Position numbers and translations under genes: made by a program
IMG/VR virus record: IMGVR_UViG_3300025098_000016
DNA: 64,000 bases
From: an uncultured virus (IMG/VR IMGVR_UViG_3300025098_000016)
Taxonomy: Duplodnaviria; Heunggongvirae; Uroviricota; Caudoviricetes
Reading direction: 5' to 3' (one strand)
Shown here: one piece after another, positions 55,830 to 64,000 of the stretch
Numbering within the stretch: position 1 is the first letter of the stretch
Layout of the letters: every line of letters begins with the position of its first letter
Notes under the pieces: model-generated
Seen by the model: the letters and a program-made list of their open reading frames with translations, nothing else
Database searches by the model: none
What the model was told of the DNA's origin: nothing

Positions 55830-58800
55830 TGGCACAAGATGAAAGTCCAATCCCAACAAGCGGGGATGCAAAAAGAAGAACAGCTGATTTACTACCAAGA
55901 TATTTTAGAACAACAGCAAACAAAAAGTTTCTAAGTAGTACAATTGATCAGCTAACTCAGCCTGGGTCAATTGAAAAGATCGACGGCTATATTGGACGTA
56001 GAGATTCAAAAGCATTTAAGTCTACTGATAATTATGTTTCTGATGTTTCAGCTGACAGAGAAAATTATCAACTAGAACCTGTTGCAACAGTTACAGATAA
56101 CTTAGGTAATACAACTTACTACGGTGACTATCGAGATTACATAAACAGTAGTAAAATTAGAAATACAGATAACGCTAATCATAGTTTATATAATTCGCAA
56201 GAATACTATGCTTGGAACCCACACATCAACTGGGATAAGTTTGTAAATTTTAGAGAATACTACTGGTTACCCGCAGGACCTAACGAAGTTCCTGTTTACG
56301 GAACTGCACGAAATATTACTAGCACGTTCGCAGTAAAGCGTCAAGATAATGTAGATAATAATTCTTATATTTTTAGCGAAGAAAACAAAGTAAGCAATCC
56401 AACAATTACTTTATATAGAGGGCAAACATATAATTTTGATATAGATGCTGTTGATATGCCCTTTAGCATTAGAACTAGTAATAGTATTGATGATGATACA
56501 AACTTATATAGTACTGGAGTAAGCCAGCAAAAAGTTGAACAAGGTACAATAACTTGGACAATTGATTTAGAATCACCCGATGCTTTATATTACACAAACG
56601 GAAATGATATTGAAACATCAGGACTTATTATTATAAGAGATATTAGAGACAATACAAAACTTAATGTAGGTAACGAAATCGTTGGCAAAAAAACTTATAC
56701 TATGCAAAATGGTTATGAATTAACCAATGGTATGAAAGTTAAGTTTTACGGAACAATTACACCAGCTAAGTACGGTGAAGGTAATTGGTATGTTGAAGGC
56801 GTTGGCGAATCTATTACATTAATAGCAGAAGAAGACTTAGTTATTACTGCTGACTATTTGTCAGATGTATCTACTGAATTTGATGCACAAGGATTTGCTT
56901 CACTACCATTTGGAGACGCTACTTCTTATGCTACTCTAAAAGACTATATTGTTATTAATAGATCGTCTAAAGATAGTAATCAGTGGTCACGTTATAATAA
57001 ATGGACACATAAAAGTGTTATTGAAACTGTTGCCAAAATTAACAATGTTCCTGTAGAATTAGATCAAACTTATAGAGCTACAAGACCAATTATTGAATTT
57101 GATGCAGGCCTAAAACTTTACAATTTTGGAACACAGTCAAAAACATCAGTTGATTTAGTTGATACAGTTACTAAAGATGTATTTTCAGACATTGAAGGAC
57201 AAGCAGGTTATTTTGTTGACGGTGTTGAGCTTGTATCAGGAATGCGTGTATTATTTACAGCAGACCCAGATAGTTTTGTTGCTGGTAAAATTTATGAAGT
57301 TAGTTTTATTAGTCAAAACGGACAAGTTCAAATTGCACTTAAAGAAACTACAGATGCTGTTCCATTAGAAAATGAAACAGTTCTTGTAAAAGCAGGTACA
57401 AATTTTAAAGGTAAGATCTTTTACTATAACGGTACTACTTGGAAACAAACACAAGATAAAATAAAAGTTAATCAACAACCATTATTTGATTTATATGACG
57501 ATACTGGAGCACAACTTTCTACACTAGATTCAAGTACATTTATTGGCAACAAAGTGTTTAGTTATAAAGTTGGTACAGGTACAAATGATACAGAATTAGG
57601 ATTTCCGTTAAGTTATAGAACTATTGAAAATAGTGGTGACATTGTTTTTGATTTTAATCTACTAGCAGACACTTATCAATATGACGAGACAGTAGATGTA
57701 CTTACAGTTAGTACTGATACAGCATTACTAAGAAAGTATACTGACAGAACTTCTTATACTAACGAATCAGGTTGGACTAAAGCATTAACTAAATCTAAAC
57801 AACCTGTAGTAGAGCAATTTACAGTTTTAGAAAGAACAAATAATTTTATTGTTGATGTTTATTTGAACAGTGGTAATTTAAATGATTTAGATGTTAAAGT
57901 TTATGTAAACAGTGTCCGTAAATATGACGGTGTCGATTATACAATTAATAGAATAAACGGTTACGCATATGTTGCATTTTATACAGACTTAGTTGAATCT
58001 GATAAACTTGTTTTAAAAACAACATCTAGTGCGCCAAAAGTAGATGGGCTAGGGCATTACGAATTTCCAATTAACTTTGAAAAAAATCCACAAAACGAAA
58101 ATGTTACAACATTTACACTAGGCGAAGTATTAGACCATGTTGATAGTATTGTTGATAATATAAACGGATTTGAAGGAGTATATCCAGGTGTTAGTAATCT
58201 ACGTGATCTAGGTGCTTCATCAAAATACGGATTAAAATTTGTACAACATAGTGGACCAATTAACCTTGCATTATATAATTTAACAGATAAAGACTATGAT
58301 GCTATCGAGGCAATGAAATGGTCAGGCTTTGAATATATTAAATTTAAAAGAGAATTTTTAAGAATAGCAAACGAACTTGGATTTGAAGGAACTGATAAAG
58401 TACACGTTGACAAGGTGCTTACTGAACTTAATTCAAGCAAAACTAATAGCGATGCATTTTACTTTAGTGATATGTTAGCACACGGTGGCGAAACAACAGT
58501 AAGACATGCAATTGAAGATGGGTCACAAACAATATTTTCACTAGCAAATGGTATTGACTTTACAACGTTATCTGAAAAAGCAGTATTAGCATACCTAAAT
58601 GAAAAACAGTTAGTACTTAATAAAGATTATACAGTTAGTGCAGATGGATTTTTAACATTGTTAAATGCTCCAAGTGCTGGAGATGTATTAGACGTTTATG
58701 AATATGTTTCAACTGATGGTTGTTGGGTTCCGCCCACTCCTACTAAGTTAGGATTGTATCCTAAGTTTACTCCTGAAATATTTTTAGACGATACTTATAT

Positions 58801-61800
58801 CAAAACACCAACAGATAGTACAGGTCCTTGGAAAGTATATGGCAGAGACGAAACAACAACTAAGTCTTACAAAGGCAAACTTGGTTGGTTCTATCCTTTG
58901 TATACAGATGAAGTATCTGCACAACAAGAAGATTTAAGAAATAGTGGTAACGGAACAGCACATACACATGTATTTGCAGGATCTAACAAAATATTTTATA
59001 TGCCCAACGGCACAATGAATCATGCTACTAATGATAGTCAAACATATTTTGAGTATGAAGGCGCAAAACCAATGTTGCAAGGACACGATGGATCTTTGTG
59101 GAGATGTTTTGGAGACTTTAGAGACAACTTATTATTAGATCTTGAAAAAAGAATTTACAATAATCTAAAACTTCCTTATAACGAAAATATCTTAGATATT
59201 GTAGATTATATTCCTAGCAAAGCTAGAACTACAGGATTTACTAGAAGACAAGTTTCTAAAACAATGATATCTGAATTTAATAATTGGTTAGAAACTGTTG
59301 GTAGTCCAGACTATGTATCTAATACAATTTATAGATCCGGCGATGGATTCACATACAACTATGCATCAGCAGGAGATCCAAATGGAAATCCTTTAACAGG
59401 TTTTTGGAGATCAATTTATAAAGACTTCTATAACACAGATAGACCACACAGTCATCCGTGGGAAATACTTGGATTTAAAGAAAAGCCAACTTGGTTTGAT
59501 GACGAATACGGTTCAGCACCGTACACAAGTAATAACTTACTACTTTGGGAAGATTTGTCTAAAGGTATTGTAAGAGGTGCAGAAGGTTCAAAGGTAACAT
59601 ATAGAAACAAGTTTAAAAACGAAGATATTTACAAATATATTCCAGTTGACGCTAACGGAGATTTATTAGCACCAAGTGACACAGGTTATGCTGTAGGAAA
59701 CATTCCTACTACTAATGGTAACGAATTTGCATTTGGCGACGAAGGTCCTGTAGAAACTGCATGGCGTAGAAGTTCACACTATCCATTTAGTTTAATGATT
59801 TCATGGGCGTTAAATCAACCAGCACAGTTTTTTGGATTAGCGTTTGACAGAAGTAGAATTGTACGTAACGGTGCAAACCAATTAGTATATAAAGATACAA
59901 GTAAGCGTATTGAATTAGATAAATTAGTATTTCCAAATAGTGCAACGGATTCAGCAAGAGTATTTACAGCAGGTATTGTAAATTATATGCAAGGATACTT
60001 AATTGATAATGATACACTTAGATTTACTGAATATGCAAATAATTTAAAAGCAATCGAAAATAAACTAGGATCTAAAATTGGCGGATTTACACAAAAGTCA
60101 AAATTTAAATTAATATTAGATTCAAGAACACCAACAAATGAAGGTAATGTTTTTGTACCAGAGGAAAACTATAAAATACATTTAACTAAAAGTATTCCTT
60201 TAGATGTATATTCTTATAGCGGAGTTATAATTGAAATTGCTCCAGGTGGATACATTGTAAAAGGATATGATAAAGATAATCCTGTGTTTAAATATTATCC
60301 TGTAAGAAGAAAAAATAGCGACCAAGTAATTAATGTTGGTGGAGTAAGTGAAAACTTCTTAACTTGGACAACAGGAAAAACATATGAATCAGGACAGATT
60401 GTTGAAGTAGCTGACTCTTATTTTAGAGTTAAAGTTTCTCATACAGCAGGTGACGCATTTAATCAAGACAATTTTCAAAAATTAGCTGAACTACCAGAAG
60501 AAGGTGGTGCATCAGCATACGTCTCAACTAACTATGCAAAAGAACTACAAGAAATGCAATATGGAACATTGCTTAGAGAAAAACAAGATGTAGTTGATTT
60601 ATTACTAGGATACCAAGAATATTTAAAAACAGCAGGATTTAAATTCAATAATTTTAATCAAGAGATTGAAGAAATTGAAAATTGGGTACTGAGTGCAAAA
60701 GAATTTTTATTCTGGACTACACAGGCTTGGGATAGTGGAACTATTCTTACACTAAGTCCAAGTGCAAGACAAATTGAATTTACAAAAGAATACACTGTTG
60801 TTGACGATATATATGATAACTTTTATGATTATAGTTTATTAAAAGCAGACGGTAAACGATTGCTTGCAGATTTTGCAACAACTGAGCGTGATAATACAAA
60901 CGAGTTTGGAATCTTTGTAAGAAATACAAATGATGGAATATATCATCTTAAGATTCCTGTAGTACAACATGAACATGCAATCATTATTGATAACAATACA
61001 GTATTTGGTGATGTAATTTATAATAGAGCTCAAGGTTATAGACAAGAAAGAATTAAAGTTAAAGGATATCGCTCAGATGAATGGAATGGTTCATATAATA
61101 TCCCAGGATTTATTTTTGATGATGCAAAACCAACTGAATGGGTTTCTTGGCAAGATTACTCAATTGGCGCATTAGTAAAACACAAACAATTTTATTATGT
61201 TGCTACTAAGAATGTAACAGGAACAGAAAAGTTTGTAGATTCAAACTGGGTAAGATTAAACGAAAAACCAGAACAACAATTACTACCTAACTTTGATTAT
61301 AAAGCAAGACAGTTTGCAGATTTTTACGATCTTGATTCTGATAACTTTGATATGGAACAACAAAAGTTAGCACAACATCTAACTGGATATCAAAAACGTA
61401 AGTATCTTGAAAATATCATTAACGATGATGTAAGTCAATTTAAGTTCTATCAAGGTGCTATTCAAGACAAAGGAACACGAAATGTTCTTACAAAACTGTT
61501 TGATAAATTAGGAAGTGCTAACAAAGATAGTTTAGAGTTTTATGAAGAATGGGCTATACGTGCAGGACGTTATGGAGCAACAACAGGCGACGAACAGTTT
61601 GATCTTATACTTGACGAAGCAAAATATAGACAAGAGCCACAGCTGATCGAGTTAGTTGATGTAATTAATCCACAAGATACAAGTTTAATTTATAGATTAG
61701 ATAGAAACGGTGTATACGTTAAACCTGACAATTATGATCATAAGCCCTTACCAACAAAATATTTTAATGATGACAACAGTTATATTAAAACAGCAGGGTA

Positions 61801-64000
61801 TGTTAATCCTTTAGATGTTACAGCATCATTAGCATCATATGATGCTATCTTAGATCAACCTTTGTATGCTTCAGGTAGCTATATTTGGACTGCTACAGAT
61901 AAAAGCCAACAAACATGGGGAGTGTATAAAACCCAATCAACAGATTATCGAATTACAGCAGTAACTGAAAGCCAACAAAATATATTTACAATTACTTTAG
62001 ATAAACAGGCTGATTTTACAAAAGGTGATATTATTGGTATTCATGATATATCAGATGCAACTAACGGATATTATAAAGTTAACAGTATTGAGCTTAATGT
62101 TGTTAAACTAGCATCAGTTGAAGGCGAAGATGTTGAAGCAACAGAAGACAATGCCGATGTAAATGGATTCATTACTGAATTTAAAAAAGCAAGACTATCT
62201 ACACTATCACTTGCTAACGATAGTATCAAGAAAGATCCAAACAACCTGTTTAGTTTAAACGGAAACAATAATGCAACTAATACAATTTGGGTTGATGACG
62301 ATGATACTGGTAAATGGATTGTACTTAAAAATAAACAAGTTTTTGAATTAAAACCTAATATTATTAATACCGCGGCAGGTTTACTAGACTCAACTGAAAA
62401 AGATTTTGGTAGTGCGTTTAGTGTAACAAAAAATAATAATCGTATTGCAATTACTGCGCCTAAAGATTTAAATGGTAGCGTTTACGTTTATCAAAGACCT
62501 AGTGATAATACTGAATTTGGTTTCATACAACAGATTGACGAGCAACTATTCTTGTTTGATTCAAATGGCGGATTTGGCCAAAGTGTTGCAATGAGCCCAG
62601 ATGGCAAGTATCTTGCAATTGGCTCGCCACATGCTTCAAATGTTAAAAGCAAATTAAAAGGTGATTTTGAAAATAGTATTTCTTACGTACAGAACGATAT
62701 TGTACTATATTCAAATCAGTTATGGAAAGCGGCAAGGAACATTGAAGCTGATGCATTACAGTTGTATCAAAATCATTCATCCAACGCCCAATCTAAAGGT
62801 AATGATTACATAAGCGATACGCAGAGCTATCCAGAAATTGAATATATTGTAAGAGGCGATTATACATTAGGCGCTGATTCAGATACAGATCATATTTTAG
62901 TTAGAGCAGAAAAAGAACAGTTTGAAGGAACTAAGATAGGTGATATATTAACTCTTAAATGGAATGAATATACAACATCAAATCAAATAGGTACGCTACC
63001 ATTTAACAACGATAGTACACTTACTAAATCATTATTAAATGGTCAACACACTATTGCTAATAAAGTACAACACATTGTACATATTCAAAGTGCATTAAGT
63101 GTTCCTGACGCTGGCACAGAAATTACTACAGATACTTGTAGAGCAACACTAGCCTATAGAAGAATTAATAATGAAAACGAGATGCAAGTTTATATTAAAA
63201 ATGTAAACGGAGCATTTACAGGATCAGGTTCAATATATGCCAATGGCATTCTAGTTGGAGAATATGAAGAAGTACTTCAAATTACTGATGATTATCATAC
63301 AGGTTGGTGGTATATTGATGTTGGTTCATCATTTAATTCAACAGAGCTTACAGAGAAAAATGCAAATCTAGTAATACAAAATATTACACTAGAAGGTAAT
63401 GTAGTTAACGATCCTTATTTTAGTAATATTTTAGATACTAAACAACTACAAAATATTCTTAATCCAACTAAAGTTTCAGAGTTAGGAATACTATCTCATA
63501 CACAAGGACAAAGTAATGTACAAGTGCTTGATAGCAAGTGGTGGATTAGAACACCGTTAGAACACGGAAACAGTATTAGTGTAGGTGACAAGACAAGAGT
63601 TTGGTTAAATGATATTCGTCTTAACGGAGTAGTGCAAGATCCAACTGCTATTGGATTAACATCAACTTATATTAATGATACAGAGCATACTGTAATTGAT
63701 GTATGGAATGGTTATGTAGAAGTTAGATTAACAAACTTTGATTTGAACGGTGATCCGTTTATTCCAAATGTTGGCGATACATTAACAGATACTGCAACAG
63801 GTTCAACAGCTGAAATTGCATACATTGAAAGATCATTTGCTACAGCAAAAATTTATGTTAAAAATAGAAACGGCACTTGGGCAGTAGGATCAGACTTTGG
63901 TACAAATTCAAATGCAACATTTATTGAAAATGATTCAACTGTAAGAACTATGGGTCCTATTAATTCAGCACAAATGGAAAATAGTGTTTCAGGACCATTA
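55829..64000 (+). CDS. Very large baseplate wedge protein (gp7-like), >2700 aa, runs off the window (not in ORF track)
   Basis: ATG overlaps the gp6 stop (TAATG): MAQDESPIP...ADLLPRYFRTTANKKFLSSTIDQL. The last codons (...MENSVSGPL) are in the same frame. I did not check every codon, but its absence from the stop-terminated ORF track fits an open frame. Confidence 0.75.
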   Translation, partial: MAQDESPIPTSGDAKRRTADLLPRYFRTTANKKFLSSTIDQLTQPGSIEKIDGYIGRRDSKAFKSTDNYVSDVSADRENYQLEPVATVTDNLGNTTYYGDYRDYINSSKIRNTDNANHSLYNSQEYYAWNPHINWDKFVNFREYYWLPAGPNEVPVYGTARNITSTFAVKRQDNVDNNSYIFSEENKVSNPTITLYRGQTYNFDIDAVDMPFSIRTSNSIDDDTNLYSTGVSQQKVEQGTITWTIDLESPDALYYTNGNDIETSGLIIIRDIRDNTKLNVGNEIVGKKTYTMQNGYELTNGMKVKFYGTITPAKYGEGNWYVEGVGESITLIAEEDLVITADYLSDVSTEFDAQGFASLPFGDATSYATLKDYIVINRSSKDSNQWSRYNKWTHKSVIETVAKINNVPVELDQTYRATRPIIEFDAGLKLYNFGTQSKTSVDLVDTVTKDVFSDIEGQAGYFVDGVELVSGMRVLFTADPDSFVAGKIYEVSFISQNGQVQIALKETTDAVPLENETVLVKAGTNFKGKIFYYNGTTWKQTQDKIKVNQQPLFDLYDDTGAQLSTLDSSTFIGNKVFSYKVGTGTNDTELGFPLSYRTIENSGDIVFDFNLLADTYQYDETVDVLTVSTDTALLRKYTDRTSYTNESGWTKALTKSKQPVVEQFTVLERTNNFIVDVYLNSGNLNDLDVKVYVNSVRKYDGVDYTINRINGYAYVAFYTDLVESDKLVLKTTSSAPKVDGLGHYEFPINFEKNPQNENVTTFTLGEVLDHVDSIVDNINGFEGVYPGVSNLRDLGASSKYGLKFVQHSGPINLALYNLTDKDYDAIEAMKWSGFEYIKFKREFLRIANELGFEGTDKVHVDKVLTELNSSKTNSDAFYFSDMLAHGGETTVRHAIEDGSQTIFSLANGIDFTTLSEKAVLAYLNEKQLVLNKDYTVSADGFLTLLNAPSAGDVLDVYEYVSTDGCWVPPTPTKLGLYPKFTPEIFLDDTYIKTPTDSTGPWKVYGRDETTTKSYKGKLGWFYPLYTDEVSAQQEDLRNSGNGTAHTHVFAGSNKIFYMPNGTMNHATNDSQTYFEYEGAKPMLQGHDGSLWRCFGDFRDNLLLDLEKRIYNNLKLPYNENILDIVDYIPSKARTTGFTRRQVSKTMISEFNNWLETVGSPDYVSNTIYRSGDGFTYNYASAGDPNGNPLTGFWRSIYKDFYNTDRPHSHPWEILGFKEKPTWFDDEYGSAPYTSNNLLLWEDLSKGIVRGAEGSKVTYRNKFKNEDIYKYIPVDANGDLLAPSDTGYAVGNIPTTNGNEFAFGDEGPVETAWRRSSHYPFSLMISWALNQPAQFFGLAFDRSRIVRNGANQLVYKDTSKRIELDKLVFPNSATDSARVFTAGIVNYMQGYLIDNDTLRFTEYANNLKAIENKLGSKIGGFTQKSKFKLILDSRTPTNEGNVFVPEENYKIHLTKSIPLDVYSYSGVIIEIAPGGYIVKGYDKDNPVFKYYPVRRKNSDQVINVGGVSENFLTWTTGKTYESGQIVEVADSYFRVKVSHTAGDAFNQDNFQKLAELPEEGGASAYVSTNYAKELQEMQYGTLLREKQDVVDLLLGYQEYLKTAGFKFNNFNQEIEEIENWVLSAKEFLFWTTQAWDSGTILTLSPSARQIEFTKEYTVVDDIYDNFYDYSLLKADGKRLLADFATTERDNTNEFGIFVRNTNDGIYHLKIPVVQHEHAIIIDNNTVFGDVIYNRAQGYRQERIKVKGYRSDEWNGSYNIPGFIFDDAKPTEWVSWQDYSIGALVKHKQFYYVATKNVTGTEKFVDSNWVRLNEKPEQQLLPNFDYKARQFADFYDLDSDNFDMEQQKLAQHLTGYQKRKYLENIINDDVSQFKFYQGAIQDKGTRNVLTKLFDKLGSANKDSLEFYEEWAIRAGRYGATTGDEQFDLILDEAKYRQEPQLIELVDVINPQDTSLIYRLDRNGVYVKPDNYDHKPLPTKYFNDDNSYIKTAGYVNPLDVTASLASYDAILDQPLYASGSYIWTATDKSQQTWGVYKTQSTDYRITAVTESQQNIFTITLDKQADFTKGDIIGIHDISDATNGYYKVNSIELNVVKLASVEGEDVEATEDNADVNGFITEFKKARLSTLSLANDSIKKDPNNLFSLNGNNNATNTIWVDDDDTGKWIVLKNKQVFELKPNIINTAAGLLDSTEKDFGSAFSVTKNNNRIAITAPKDLNGSVYVYQRPSDNTEFGFIQQIDEQLFLFDSNGGFGQSVAMSPDGKYLAIGSPHASNVKSKLKGDFENSISYVQNDIVLYSNQLWKAARNIEADALQLYQNHSSNAQSKGNDYISDTQSYPEIEYIVRGDYTLGADSDTDHILVRAEKEQFEGTKIGDILTLKWNEYTTSNQIGTLPFNNDSTLTKSLLNGQHTIANKVQHIVHIQSALSVPDAGTEITTDTCRATLAYRRINNENEMQVYIKNVNGAFTGSGSIYANGILVGEYEEVLQITDDYHTGWWYIDVGSSFNSTELTEKNANLVIQNITLEGNVVNDPYFSNILDTKQLQNILNPTKVSELGILSHTQGQSNVQVLDSKWWIRTPLEHGNSISVGDKTRVWLNDIRLNGVVQDPTAIGLTSTYINDTEHTVIDVWNGYVEVRLTNFDLNGDPFIPNVGDTLTDTATGSTAEIAYIERSFATAKIYVKNRNGTWAVGSDFGTNSNATFIENDSTVRTMGPINSAQMENSVSGPL

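Noticed and set aside
1..64000. Stop-codon reassignment, as seen in some large phages
   Set aside because: Standard-code ORFs tile the window densely and conserved genes end at TAA, TAG and TGA.

Overview
This window is an AT-rich, gene-dense segment of a large T4-like (myovirus/jumbo-type) bacteriophage genome, covering most of the virion morphogenesis region. On the minus strand (1-37.2 kb) are a tape-measure-like gene, portal (gp20), prohead core/protease/scaffold (gp21/gp22), major capsid (gp23) and a long block of paralogous tail-fibre/receptor-binding genes. That block ends in three tandem Cys/Gly-rich adhesin-like genes, a fibre chaperone, a GT9-like glycosyltransferase and a 2OG-Fe(II) oxygenase. 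The centre (37.3-44.4 kb) holds gp26/gp51-like hub chaperones, a stand-alone GIY-YIG (SegE-like) gene, gp46/gp47 and late sigma gp55. The plus strand (44.5-64 kb) is the baseplate module: tube initiator, gp53, hub, gp5 with a C-terminal GH19 domain, PAAR, gp25, gp6 and a >2700 aa gp7-like ORF running off the end. The main unexplained signals are: (1) a -1 frameshift cassette (slippery heptamer, 6-nt spacer, stem/pseudoknot) joining the gp26-like ORF to an unannotated gp51-like frame; (2) a ~500 nt highly structured non-coding element directly after the small GIY-YIG gene; (3) a free-standing ~215 nt ncRNA (manA-motif-like) with its own promoter and terminator next to the capsid gene; (4) two structured 5' leaders on late structural genes; (5) several leaderless late transcripts. 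All family calls come from motif recognition by eye, with no database search.
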